A stretch of 32,015 nt of DNA from an uncultured archaeon (GCA_964554465.1 CAZKOV010000002.1:2935-34949); one strand, 5' to 3'; shown: positions 1 through 8,187, counted from the stretch's first letter. Translations and numbers: made by a program. The notes: generated from the letters alone by a model not told the origin.

Positions 1-71
1 TTCGCTGTCCTTTTCGGAGGCACCCTAATAGTATGCATACTTTCGTTGTTCTGTTATGAAAGGATGGAAAA

Positions 72-266
72 ATGAGAACGCGTATAAAGGAACTGCGCGC
101 CAGACATGATTTAACACAGGAGGATCTGGCGCGTAAAGTGGGGGTCAGAAGGGAGACCATTGTTTTTCTGGAGAAAGGAAAATACAATCCTTCGCTTAAG
201 CTAGCCCATGATATTTCCAAAGTTTTGGAATCAAAAATAGATGAAGTTTTTATTTTTGAGGATTAA
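72..266 (+). CDS. XRE/Cro-C1 family helix-turn-helix transcriptional regulator (64 aa)
   Basis: The whole protein is one HTH domain ([39 protein letters not shown]). ATG start. Its stop overlaps the stop of the convergent radical SAM gene (TTAA at 263-266). Confidence 0.85.
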   Translation: MRTRIKELRARHDLTQEDLARKVGVRRETIVFLEKGKYNPSLKLAHDISKVLESKIDEVFIFED

Positions 267-1417
267 ATTGTCCTGTAAGCACCGACGGATTCTGCCAATT
301 TGTCGACTTCTTCCGGATGCGCGAACAATGCGCATGGCATCCCGTCTGTTTCCAGAAGATGTTCGTTGTCCCTTATCTCTTTAAAGAGCTGGCTTTCAAG
401 TGCTTCCCTCAGGCTTGATTTGGTAAGATTATGGGTTGCAACATTTGAAACAGGGCATGGAGTCAGATCACCCTCGGGTGTCACGTGTGCGAATCCTCTC
501 CCAGCTGAAACACACCCACCGAAGAACTCCTCGTCTCCGGGAGAGTGGATGATGTATATCGGTTTCTTTTCCCTGTATTCCAGCATTTTTGAACGGAATC
601 TCTCCCTCTCTTCCTTTGTCAACATAAGTTTATTCTCTTTCTTTGATATCGGGATGTATTCGATGAAAGTCCCGATTTTCAGGCCGTCTGAAATGAATTT
701 ATCGATCTTCGATTCGTCCATCCAGTAGCGGAAATTGTTCTTCGTGATTGTTACAGAAATTCCTGTCAACGTTCCGTTCTTGTTAAGACGTTCCAATGTA
801 TTGGTAACTTTCTCATACGTTCCCTTTCCGCGTCTGGTGTCTGTCATCAGTTTACCGCCTTCGGTACTGACAAGGACGACAACATTTGATAATCTTTTCA
901 GAATATCGAAATCCTTCTCCTGGATGGCTGTTCCGTTTGTTACGATGATAAAGAGCCTGTCCTTGAAATCTTCGCAAAGGCTGAGCAGGTCCGGGTAGAG
1001 GAACGGCTCTCCTCCCGCAATGACATAAGAGAAAACCCCGAGTTCGTTTGCCTCTTCAATTATCTTCTTCCACTGGGATATATCGAGGTTTTTCTTCTTA
1101 TGACTGACAGTTCCGGTAGCAGCTGCATAGCAGCCGGAACAAGCAAGGTTGCATTTTGATGTAATGCTGAGTATCAGAAAGGGCGGAACTTTCAGTCCGT
1201 TTCTCTTCTGTTCATCTCTTAATTTCTTGGTTTTCTTATGGGTTCTGCATAGAAGAAAGAATGCCCTCAGATATTTCGGATGGCGGATCGCCCATGGAAG
1301 AAAAACGCTCCCGAGTTTCGGGTCAAGCTTATTTACTGTATTTTTCAGTTCGGGCATCTTGCTAAGCATATAGCCTATTATAACGCTGAAATTATTTATA
1401 ATGAAATCTATTTTCAA
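263..1417 (-). CDS. Radical SAM enzyme with C-terminal twitch/SPASM-like auxiliary cluster region (384 aa)
   Basis: CX3CX2C motif in [11 protein letters not shown] (Cys 89/93/96) and IAGGEPFLY. The C-terminus has C-X13-G-X4-C ([22 protein letters not shown]) plus one distal Cys (MPCALF) but no CX2CX5CX3C block, so it is twitch-like rather than full SPASM. The track start is TTG; ATG alternatives lie at 1369 and 1357. Confidence 0.85.
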   Translation of the reverse strand: MKIDFIINNFSVIIGYMLSKMPELKNTVNKLDPKLGSVFLPWAIRHPKYLRAFFLLCRTHKKTKKLRDEQKRNGLKVPPFLILSITSKCNLACSGCYAAATGTVSHKKKNLDISQWKKIIEEANELGVFSYVIAGGEPFLYPDLLSLCEDFKDRLFIIVTNGTAIQEKDFDILKRLSNVVVLVSTEGGKLMTDTRRGKGTYEKVTNTLERLNKNGTLTGISVTITKNNFRYWMDESKIDKFISDGLKIGTFIEYIPISKKENKLMLTKEERERFRSKMLEYREKKPIYIIHSPGDEEFFGGCVSAGRGFAHVTPEGDLTPCPVSNVATHNLTKSSLREALESQLFKEIRDNEHLLETDGMPCALFAHPEEVDKLAESVGAYRTI

Positions 1418-1424
1418 ATAAAAA

Positions 1425-1604
1425 TCAGGGACTGTTAGTGAAACCTGAATACACCTTTTTTTCTAACTGTCTTCCTACTTTGTTGACATAAGGAACGCCG
1501 TATCTGCAGGTTGCAAAAGCTGTTCCCAAAAGAAAAAGCCCAAGAAGCGTATAGCGTGTTATATCCCTGATTGTTCTGTTCCCGAAAACCTTAATTGCAG
1601 CCAT
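1425..1604 (-). CDS. Possible 59-aa small membrane protein (below the ORF-track size cutoff)
   Basis: Translated by hand: MAAIKVFGNRTIRDITRYTLLGLFLLGTAFATCRYGVPYVNKVGRQLEKKVYSGFTNSP. It has one hydrophobic helix, an ATG start and a TGA stop 7 nt before the radical SAM start. No clear SD, so it is weakly supported. Confidence 0.3.
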   Translation of the reverse strand: MAAIKVFGNRTIRDITRYTLLGLFLLGTAFATCRYGVPYVNKVGRQLEKKVYSGFTNSP

Positions 1605-1651
1605 GAGTCTGTTTTTAGGAAAAAGATTTTAAAGCAGTTATGTATCCAGAA

Positions 1652-1810
1652 TTATTCTTTCTTCAGTGGTTTGCCGCAGCACTCCAACCTGCAGCACTCC
1701 GAATCGTCTTCTGTACTGCAGCACTCACAGCCATGAATGACCTTGATCTCGAGTCCGCAGTCCTCGCACTCGTAGGTTTCTCCTTCTTTCATTTCATGAC
1801 ATGTTGTCAT
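1652..1810 (-). CDS. Cys-rich 52-aa desulforedoxin-like small protein (10 Cys, three CC pairs)
   Basis: The internal ATG (residue 32 of the 83-aa track ORF) follows a near-perfect SD (TTGAGGTGATTTTAATG on the minus strand). Sequence: MTTCHEMKEGETYECEDCGLEIKVIHGCECCSTEDDSECCRLECCGKPLKKE. The Y-x-C-E-x-C-G ... CCG-x-x-[LM]-K pattern matches the desulforedoxin module of the Dfx gene in this window (YKCEICGNVVSV...VCCGEEMKL), with an extra Cys/acid-rich insert. Confidence 0.6.
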   Translation of the reverse strand: MTTCHEMKEGETYECEDCGLEIKVIHGCECCSTEDDSECCRLECCGKPLKKE

Positions 1811-1924
1811 TAAAATCACCTCAATTAAATTGAGTATATAAAATATATCAACTATAGAGTTTCCAACAGGATACGAGGTTCCCTTTTTGGTATTTTTATT
1901 CAATCACTCTTTATATCAAACTAT

Positions 1925-1953
1925 GTGAACAACCGGAAATCTCCGTTGTTCAC
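1925..1953. promoter_or_regulatory. Perfect 9-bp inverted repeat GTGAACAAC-N11-GTTGTTCAC followed by T5, in a divergent intergenic region
   Basis: Read directly: arms 1925-1933 and 1945-1953, T-run 1954-1958. It lies between the minus-strand Cys-rich gene and the plus-strand 2009-2913 operon. It could be an operator or a hairpin; the function is unknown. Confidence 0.4.
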
Positions 1954-2020
1954 TTTTTAACAGCAGATATATATGACGTGAGCATCCATGAATGAAACAT
2001 AGAGAAATATGGTGATGAAT

Positions 2021-2293
2021 ATGGGAAAAGATGATATGCCCGATCCTGAGAAGCTGAAAGAAATCCTTTCAGCCGTGAGAAGCGAAGTTCCCGGGCTTGT
2101 GAGGGATATAGTCGACATACTCTACAGTGAGAAAGCGGCAAAGAGCATGGGAAAGGCAGTCGGTCTGTATTTTAAGACCTTAAAGGAAAATGGAATACCT
2201 GAAGATATAGCACTGGAGATGACAAAGGGTTACGTTATAAACATAGGAAAGATGTTCGACTTCAAGAAATGGAGTGACCTGAAGCATGACTAA
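2021..2293 (+). CDS. Hypothetical protein (90 aa from ATG 2021; track ORF starts at 2009)
   Basis: GGTGAT lies 4 nt upstream of ATG 2021. No family recognised. The stop overlaps the next ORF's start (ATGACTAA). Confidence 0.5.
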   Translation: MGKDDMPDPEKLKEILSAVRSEVPGLVRDIVDILYSEKAAKSMGKAVGLYFKTLKENGIPEDIALEMTKGYVINIGKMFDFKKWSDLKHD

Positions 2294-2498
2294 GCGTTCT
2301 TTGGAAAAGGTAGCAGCATATATCCAGATTATACCGTCCTTCGTACTAATCCTCTTTAGAATGATGGGGGTTTTCTTAAAATTCAGAAGCGCGTCCAGAA
2401 AATCCTCGAAGTATTTTGAGAAAGGTCTCATAGATAAAGGAATGACAAAGGAGCAGGCCAAGGAAATTGCCAAGGTGTACAAGCGTGGAAGAGATTGA
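2286..2498 (+). CDS. Hypothetical small protein with one hydrophobic segment (70 aa)
   Basis: Overlapping start/stop with both flanking genes suggests translational coupling. Contains a hydrophobic stretch (IQIIPSFVLILFRMMGVFL). No family recognised. Confidence 0.4.
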   Translation: MTKRSLEKVAAYIQIIPSFVLILFRMMGVFLKFRSASRKSSKYFEKGLIDKGMTKEQAKEIAKVYKRGRD

Positions 2499-2913
2499 AA
2501 AGATAGCAAAGAGGATGGAAGATCTCCAAAAAAGGCTTCAGACCATAGAGGATCTTATACCTTTGGCATCCGAACTTTTACAGTTGTCTGAAAGACTGAA
2601 CATCCCATTAAACCTGTATCGGGACCAGATAAAACGGATGGTTATATTGAACGGCTTAAAGGATAATGCGCCCCATATTGAAAAGGACGAGATATCAAAA
2701 CTGATAATTCAGGCCCTGCTTAAGAAAAAATCGTCAAACATTTCTGGAATAACTGCAACAGTTAAGAGTTTTAGAGGAAAAGCCAGCAGAAGGATAATTT
2801 CAGAAAGATTGTCAAAACTTGAGGAATTGGGGATAGTCGAATGCAAAACGGGGCAAAATAATGAGAAATTGTACAAACTAAGAACTTCTTCTAAAGAAAA
2901 TATTAACCAGTAA
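2467..2913 (+). CDS. Putative winged-helix DNA-binding protein (148 aa; the true start may be the internal ATG at 2515)
   Basis: N-terminal coiled-coil-like region. The C-terminal ISGITATVKSFRGKASRRIISERLSKLEELGIVECKTGQNNEKLYKL looks like an ArsR/MarR-type wHTH. A hairpin TTCGGG-TAAT-CCCGAA (2916-2931) follows the stop. Confidence 0.55.
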   Translation: MPRCTSVEEIEKIAKRMEDLQKRLQTIEDLIPLASELLQLSERLNIPLNLYRDQIKRMVILNGLKDNAPHIEKDEISKLIIQALLKKKSSNISGITATVKSFRGKASRRIISERLSKLEELGIVECKTGQNNEKLYKLRTSSKENINQ

Positions 2914-3019
2914 GTTTCGGGTAATCCCGAAGCAAACCGAAAGTCATTATTATTACCACGACAACAATTATTTAGCAGGATGAAAATAATCCTGTTTAAA
3001 ATCATTCAGGTGAGAGTTT

Positions 3020-5197
3020 ATGAGTGACAATAAGCCAAACACCGCGAGTCTTGGGCTGACAATATTTGCGGTGATATTATTAGCAATATCAGCATTCGTT
3101 CTGACAACACCCGATGTCAGCAACCGTATTTCGGCTGTTTTGCAGCAGGGAACGTATAGCTCGTCAACCTTTGATCCGGTTTCCGCCGTCAATACGAAGC
3201 AGTTCGCAACAGTCGAGGAGTTCACGGATTTTGTGAAATCGAATGAAGGTGATGGCGGATATTACGGAGTAGGAACTCTTTCGAGAAACTCCGTAGTTGC
3301 AGTTGAAGCTATGACAGATGAGGTGTTAGCTCCCGCGGCAGTTCCTTCAGTGGATACAATGCAGAAGGGCGGTGAAGATTTTGATTCTTCTGGATCTTCG
3401 GTGGATTTTTCCGAAACTAACGTCCAGGTTGCGGGAGTTGACGAAGCCGACATCATAAAGACTGACGGAAACTATATTTATACTATTACAAGGAATACCG
3501 TCTTTATCATAAAGGCGTATCCGGGAGAAGAAGCAGAGATTGTTTCAACAATAAAGTTTGACAACAATCCGAGCGACTTGTTTGTTAACGGAAACAAGCT
3601 TGCTGTCTTCGGGGACTATAGCAATGCAGAATTCTTCAGGAAGATCGACTTCCGTCCAAAATATGGAATGACTTTCTTCAACATTTACGATATTTCCGAC
3701 AAGGAAAACCCGGAACTGGAATACGAATACAAGTTTGAAGGAAGTTATTTCCGCGCAAGGATGAAGGGGGATTATGTATATTTCGTGGCAAGCACTCGGC
3801 CGGATTACAGGACAGATTTCCCGACACCTATAATAGTGAGAGGTGTTGAAAAGGTTGCAATGCCTGTATCTGACATCTATTACTTTGACATACCTTACAG
3901 TAACCCTCATCTCGTGACCGTTCATGCGATAAATCTGGCAAACCCGTCAAACGATATAAATTCAAAGGCCGTATTTGTGGAATACAACCAGAACATTTAC
4001 ATGTCCCACAATAACATCTACATAACATATACGGAATCCGTAAACGAGTGGGATATACAGAAGAAAATCATCATGCAGTTAATGGAACCGCACATTTCGG
4101 ATGCCGACAGAGTCGTCATAGAGAAGATAAAACAAACCGATAACGATGTCTTGTCACAGTATGAAAAGGATGCAAAGATTTTCGAGCTTTACCAGAGCTA
4201 TGTAAACTACCTGACGAGGGAAGAACAGGACGCAATGCAGGATCAGGCTGAAATCCTTCTCAAGCAGGAGCTTGCGAAATACGAATACTTCGAGTATACG
4301 GTTATCAACAGGCTTGGATATGACAACGGGCAGATTTCAGTCGATTCGAACGGAAAGGTTCCCGGGCACGTCATAAACCAGTTCTCGATGGACGAATATG
4401 AGAATGTCTTCAGGATAGCGACTTCCGTGTCCAGAAGATGGTCAACGTTTGGCAGCGAATCCATAGAATCAACGAATAATGTATACGCGCTTGATTCGGA
4501 TCTTAACATAATCGGAAAGCTTGAGGGACTTGCGAAGGGCGAAAGCATATATTCGACAAGGTTCATGGGCGACAGGTTGTATATGGTTACATACGAGCAG
4601 GTTGATCCGTTCTTCGTCATAGACCTCAGCAACCCGAGGAACATAGTAAATCTTGGCGAACTCAAGATTCCGGGATTCTCGAGATACCTGCATCCATATG
4701 ATGACAATCACATCATAGGGATAGGACAGGACACAACGGAAACCGGAAGAACCACAGGACTGAAAATCTCCATATTCGATGTGACCAACGTGGCAAGTCC
4801 TAGGGAAGTTGCCAAATTCGTGACAGAAGAAAGATATGCACAATCGACCGCTCTGTACAACCATCATGCATTCCTTTTCTCGAAAGAGAAGGAGTTGCTG
4901 GTAATTCCAGCATATTCGTACGAATACAAAGGATATGATGAAAGCGGTTATGAAGGGTACAATGGTGCGTTCGTCTTCAAGATAACGAAAGATGAGATAG
5001 AGCTTAGAGGTCTTATAGACCACTCCGATGGCGGTGGTAATTACTGGCAACCGGCCGTAGAGAGAAGCTTATATATCGAAGAACTGCTATACACGAAATC
5101 ACCGAACCTTCTGAGAATAAACAGGATTGAAGACCTCGAATCTGTCAAGAAAATAGAACTGAAAACGGGAACGATCGGAGACATTCCGGTTTATTAA
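3020..5197 (+). CDS. Membrane-anchored/secreted beta-propeller domain protein (PF09826/COG4880-like, 725 aa)
   Basis: N-terminal signal anchor (LGLTIFAVILLAISAFVLT). The motif ETNVQVAGVDEADIIKTDGNYIYT is the hallmark I recall for this family. AGGTGA SD at 3008-3013. Confidence 0.8.
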   Translation: MSDNKPNTASLGLTIFAVILLAISAFVLTTPDVSNRISAVLQQGTYSSSTFDPVSAVNTKQFATVEEFTDFVKSNEGDGGYYGVGTLSRNSVVAVEAMTDEVLAPAAVPSVDTMQKGGEDFDSSGSSVDFSETNVQVAGVDEADIIKTDGNYIYTITRNTVFIIKAYPGEEAEIVSTIKFDNNPSDLFVNGNKLAVFGDYSNAEFFRKIDFRPKYGMTFFNIYDISDKENPELEYEYKFEGSYFRARMKGDYVYFVASTRPDYRTDFPTPIIVRGVEKVAMPVSDIYYFDIPYSNPHLVTVHAINLANPSNDINSKAVFVEYNQNIYMSHNNIYITYTESVNEWDIQKKIIMQLMEPHISDADRVVIEKIKQTDNDVLSQYEKDAKIFELYQSYVNYLTREEQDAMQDQAEILLKQELAKYEYFEYTVINRLGYDNGQISVDSNGKVPGHVINQFSMDEYENVFRIATSVSRRWSTFGSESIESTNNVYALDSDLNIIGKLEGLAKGESIYSTRFMGDRLYMVTYEQVDPFFVIDLSNPRNIVNLGELKIPGFSRYLHPYDDNHIIGIGQDTTETGRTTGLKISIFDVTNVASPREVAKFVTEERYAQSTALYNHHAFLFSKEKELLVIPAYSYEYKGYDESGYEGYNGAFVFKITKDEIELRGLIDHSDGGGNYWQPAVERSLYIEELLYTKSPNLLRINRIEDLESVKKIELKTGTIGDIPVY

Positions 5198-5248
5198 CCC
5201 CTTTCTTTCTTTTTCTCTTTCTAACATTTTTAGTGTCGGATGCAAAGT

Positions 5249-5258
5249 TTTAAATATT
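5249..5258 (+). promoter_or_regulatory. Archaeal TATA-box candidate TTTAAATATT upstream of the Fur-family operon
   Basis: An A/T box 55 nt upstream of ATG 5313. The identical 10-mer recurs upstream of the PadR gene (6918-6927). Confidence 0.45.
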
Positions 5259-5263
5259 AGTAA

Positions 5264-5296
5264 TTCTTATTAATTAATAATCATTATTAATAAGAA
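5264..5296. promoter_or_regulatory. Perfect 11-bp inverted repeat TTCTTATTAAT-N11-ATTAATAAGAA (Fur/PerR-box-like operator candidate)
   Basis: Arms 5264-5274 and 5286-5296, read directly. It is AT-rich like Fur/PerR boxes and sits between the TATA candidate and the start of the Fur-family gene. Confidence 0.5.
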
Positions 5297-5312
5297 AATA
5301 TAAGTAGATTTT

Positions 5313-5702
5313 ATGAGTAAGACCCGTATGACCAGCCAGAGGCTGAAGATATTGGAATATCTGAGAAAAGTAAAGACCCATCCTACTGCTGAGATGGTTC
5401 ATAAAGCCGTTTCAAAGGACCTTCCTGCAATCACCCTGGCGACGGTGTACAGGAACCTTAACATTCTTGCCTTACAAGGTAAGATACTGAAATTCGAGGT
5501 AAACAAGGAATACAGGTTTGACGGCGACATATGCTGCCACCAGCATTGTATATGCAGTAATTGCGGAAAGATAATCGATATATTCGATAAGAAAATTTCG
5601 GAAAATGCTTTGAAAAAGGTCGATAAAAAGAAATTCTATGCTGACACAGTCGGTATAATATTCTACGGAAAATGTACCGACTGCATGAAAGGAGGTAGAT
5701 AA
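5313..5702 (+). CDS. Fur family metalloregulator, PerR-like by context (129 aa)
   Basis: N-terminal wHTH (TSQRLKILEYLRKVKTHPTAEMVHKAV...LATVYRNLNILALQG). Two CxxC pairs (CSNCGK, CTDC) form the structural Zn site. It leads an oxidative-stress operon. Confidence 0.85.
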   Translation: MSKTRMTSQRLKILEYLRKVKTHPTAEMVHKAVSKDLPAITLATVYRNLNILALQGKILKFEVNKEYRFDGDICCHQHCICSNCGKIIDIFDKKISENALKKVDKKKFYADTVGIIFYGKCTDCMKGGR

Positions 5703-5703
5703 A

Positions 5704-6219
5704 ATGGTAAAGTTATGGAGATGCGAGATATGCGGAGATCCGTACATTGGTGACGAAGCTCCCGCCAACTGTCCTTTTTGCGGTGCAAAAAGAAAATATA
5801 TAAAGGAATTCAACGACGCGGATGTTAACTTTGACGTGGAGCTTAATGAAAAGGATAAAGCAAATGCCGAGAGGGCTCTGCAGGTGGAGATAAGCAATGC
5901 AGCGTTCTATTTCTGTGCTGCGGAAAAAGTCAAGGAACTCGAAGGACAGAAAATGTTCAAAGCCCTTGGAAAGGTTGAGGCGGAACATGCATCCGTCTGG
6001 AAGAAGATATTGAAACTGGATTCGATTCCAAAGGGAACCGATACGTGTTCTGTTGAATATAAAGAAGATCTCGAAGATTCCCATGCAAGGGAAACGAGAG
6101 CGATAAACTTCTATAAACAGGCAGCCGAGGAATCAAATAACGATAGAATCAAACAAATATTCGAGGCCTTTGTGGAAGTGGAGACAGATCACCTGAAATT
6201 ATCGGAGGAGAGGTTATGA
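5704..6219 (+). CDS. Reverse-type rubrerythrin family protein (N-terminal rubredoxin-like ribbon plus ferritin-like di-iron domain, 171 aa)
   Basis: CEICG...CPFCG at the N-terminus. Di-iron ligand pattern E / ExxH / E / ExxH (ALQVEISNAA, VEAEHASV, ARETRAINFY, VETDHLKL). GGAGGT SD upstream. Confidence 0.75.
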   Translation: MVKLWRCEICGDPYIGDEAPANCPFCGAKRKYIKEFNDADVNFDVELNEKDKANAERALQVEISNAAFYFCAAEKVKELEGQKMFKALGKVEAEHASVWKKILKLDSIPKGTDTCSVEYKEDLEDSHARETRAINFYKQAAEESNNDRIKQIFEAFVEVETDHLKLSEERL

Positions 6220-6461
6220 CAGAAATAAAGGTCTACTCGACCCCAGTATGTCCATGGTGTCACACGCTAAAGCAATTCCTCACCGAAAAAGGCGTCGAAT
6301 TCACTGACATAAACGTAGCGGAAGATGTATCAGGCCGCGAGGAACTGCTTTCAAAATCTGGGCATATGGGAGTTCCTCAGATGGAAATAAACGGTAAAAT
6401 GATAGTAGGATTCGATCAATATGCAATTGAAGAGGAACTTGAAAAAATGAAAGATTCATAG
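6216..6461 (+). CDS. Glutaredoxin-like / NrdH-type small thioredoxin-fold protein (81 aa)
   Basis: CPWC active site in IKVYSTPVCPWCHTLKQFL and a typical GVPQMEINGKMIVGFD tail. ATGA overlap with the upstream gene. Confidence 0.8.
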   Translation: MTEIKVYSTPVCPWCHTLKQFLTEKGVEFTDINVAEDVSGREELLSKSGHMGVPQMEINGKMIVGFDQYAIEEELEKMKDS

Positions 6462-6472
6462 GAGGTTTTATT

Positions 6473-6856
6473 ATGGCAGAATTAGGTGGAATATACAAAT
6501 GCGAAATATGCGGGAACGTTGTTTCGGTAATTGAGGCTGGTGTAGGAGCATTAGTGTGCTGCGGGGAGGAAATGAAGCTTTTCCAAGAGAACCCTCCCGA
6601 AAAGGAGGGAAAAGAGAAGCATGTCCCGGTGATTGAAAAAGAAGGAGATAAGATAATTGTAAAAGTGGGTTCTGTTCCACATCCCATGGAAGGAGGACAT
6701 TACATAGAACTTATACAGCTGATGAAAGACGGTAAAGTTATTGCAGAAAAACGCCTTTATCCGGGTGAAGAACCGGTGGCCGAATTCTGTGGAATCGCGG
6801 GAGATGTCAAGGCACGAGAATACTGCAATATTCACGGGTTATGGGTAAGTCCTTAA
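6473..6856 (+). CDS. dfx: Desulfoferrodoxin (2Fe superoxide reductase, 127 aa)
   Basis: Desulforedoxin centre I (YKCEICGNVV...VCCGEEM). Centre II ligands EKHVPV, PHPMEGGHYI and YCNIHGLW. GGAGGT SD. Confidence 0.9.
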   Translation: MAELGGIYKCEICGNVVSVIEAGVGALVCCGEEMKLFQENPPEKEGKEKHVPVIEKEGDKIIVKVGSVPHPMEGGHYIELIQLMKDGKVIAEKRLYPGEEPVAEFCGIAGDVKAREYCNIHGLWVSP

Positions 6857-6884
6857 CTTCCCTTTTTATATCTATTATCGATAG

Positions 6885-6915
6885 TATCGGTTTTCGATTG
6901 TATCGAATACCGATA
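6885..6915. promoter_or_regulatory. 31-nt near-perfect nested palindrome TATCGGT-T-TTCGAT-TGT-ATCGAA-T-ACCGATA (operator candidate)
   Basis: Read directly. Preceded by another palindrome, TATCGATA (6876-6883). It lies immediately upstream of the TATA candidate 6918-6927 and the PadR gene. Confidence 0.45.
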
Positions 6916-6917
6916 TA

Positions 6918-6927
6918 TTTAAATATT
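6918..6927 (+). promoter_or_regulatory. TATA-box candidate TTTAAATATT, about 21 nt before the PadR ATG (probably a leaderless mRNA)
   Basis: Same 10-mer as 5249-5258. No SD before ATG 6948, and the spacing fits a transcription start at or near the ATG. Confidence 0.45.
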
Positions 6928-6947
6928 TTCTCGTTCTATAAATAATC

Positions 6948-7367
6948 ATGAAAAAATACTTAAGCAGTCATATTAAGGCTAACATACTTTCGGTGTTGGT
7001 TGCTAATGAGGCGTGTGGATATACAATACGCAAGGAAATATCAAAAAAAGCTGATATCTGTCCTCTTCCATCTTGGGGTTCATTATACCCTGCATTGAAA
7101 GAGCTGGAAACGGAAGGATATGTAAAATCTCATAAAAAGGGTAAGAAAATCTTATATAAAATCAACGATAAAGGAAAGGAATATTTCTTTAATTTCATGA
7201 AAATGCATTATAAAGACATGTTAGATAAAGTTCCTGTACTTGAAAAATTACCTATAAAAGATGACGCTTTGCTGCTTTTTCATGCAGCTTACCTATTTGA
7301 GAATTATAAAGATAAAAAATATGCGAGGAAATTGGTAAAAGAATTTATTTCAAAACTTTCAGGTTGA
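6948..7367 (+). CDS. PadR family transcriptional regulator (139 aa)
   Basis: ILSVLVANEACGYTIRKEI...WGSLYPALKELETEGYVKS is the typical PadR wHTH pattern. It is the first gene of the ABC operon. Confidence 0.75.
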   Translation: MKKYLSSHIKANILSVLVANEACGYTIRKEISKKADICPLPSWGSLYPALKELETEGYVKSHKKGKKILYKINDKGKEYFFNFMKMHYKDMLDKVPVLEKLPIKDDALLLFHAAYLFENYKDKKYARKLVKEFISKLSG

Positions 7368-7371
7368 TGTT

Positions 7372-8187
7372 ATGCCAAAGAAAAATGATTTTATAATAGA
7401 ACTTAAGAACGTTGCAAGAATATATCAGATGGATGAAGTGGAGGTTCCGGCGCTAAGGAACGTTTCCCTCAAAGTCAAAAGAGGGGAATTTTTGTCTATC
7501 GTGGGTAAATCCGGTTCAGGGAAATCAACCCTCGTAAACCAAGTAGGATGTATAGATACTCCTACAAGGGGTGAGATTTATCTTGATGGAGAAAACATAG
7601 CTGATATGTCTGAAAGCGAACTTGCCCAGATCAGGGGAAGAAAAGTAGGCTTTATTTTCCAGACATTCAATCTGATGCCGACCATGACTGTTTATGAAAA
7701 TGTTTCAATGCCTCTTGTTTTTCAGGGAGTTTCATTAGAAGAAACAAAAAAGAGGATTGATAAGGTATTAGAACTGGTGCAACTCTCTAACAGAAGAGAT
7801 CACAAACCGGGAGAATTGTCAGGGGGTGAGAGGCAAAGAGTTGCTATCGGGAGAGCTCTTGCGAATAACCCGGAAGTTATTTTAGCCGATGAACCTACCG
7901 GTAATCTTGACAGCAAAACAGGGAAACAGATTATGGATTTCATTATTGATCTGAACCAAAACAACGATGTCACAATTATTATAGTCACGCATGATGAAGA
8001 TCTCGCAAAACTTGCGGAAAGAACTATAGTATTATTTGATGGTCTCATAGTTGATGAAAAAATAAACACAGAAAAGGACAGACAGGAAGCTGTCAAGAGG
8101 CTTGAAGATGAAATAAAAACAAAGGAAAAGTGGGAAAAGGAAATGAATAACAATAAGGATAATTCTAAGATTGAGGTGAGGAAATGA
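7372..8187 (+). CDS. ABC transporter ATP-binding protein, MacB/LolD subfamily, with K/E-rich C-terminal tail (271 aa)
   Basis: Walker A GKSGSGKST, Q-loop FIFQ, signature LSGGERQRV, Walker B ILADEPT, H-loop VTHD. The last ~45 aa are low-complexity K/E-rich. Confidence 0.9.
   Translation: MPKKNDFIIELKNVARIYQMDEVEVPALRNVSLKVKRGEFLSIVGKSGSGKSTLVNQVGCIDTPTRGEIYLDGENIADMSESELAQIRGRKVGFIFQTFNLMPTMTVYENVSMPLVFQGVSLEETKKRIDKVLELVQLSNRRDHKPGELSGGERQRVAIGRALANNPEVILADEPTGNLDSKTGKQIMDFIIDLNQNNDVTIIIVTHDEDLAKLAERTIVLFDGLIVDEKINTEKDRQEAVKRLEDEIKTKEKWEKEMNNNKDNSKIEVRK

Noticed and set aside
300-1373. Plus-strand track ORFs 300-728, 735-998 and 1149-1373
   Set aside because: They lie antisense within the radical SAM gene and have low-complexity S/L/F-rich translations with no motifs. 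They are shadow ORFs. The same reasoning applies to other antisense track ORFs, for example 3545-3925, 4243-5050, 5472-6084, 6301-6835, 7800-8241, 12034-12738, 13277-13717, 15210-16079, 17091-17459, 19194-19878, 21028-22011, 22526-23249, 23596-23970, 24331-24956, 26073-26312, 26788-27992 and 30747-30947.
1652-1903. The 83-aa version of the Cys-rich ORF (with N-terminal MNKNTKKGTSYPVG...)
   Set aside because: The extension has no SD and runs through the A/T-rich promoter-like region. The internal ATG at 1810 is preceded by GAGGTGA at ideal spacing, so I prefer the 52-aa product.
1950-2141. Minus-strand 63-aa ORF
   Set aside because: It overlaps the palindrome/promoter region and the start of the plus-strand 2009/2021 gene. 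It has no SD and no motifs.
2009-2913. A single frameshifted gene split into three ORFs
   Set aside because: I could not recognise any family that continues across the junctions. Each junction has a plausible coupled start. There is not enough evidence to call a pseudogene.
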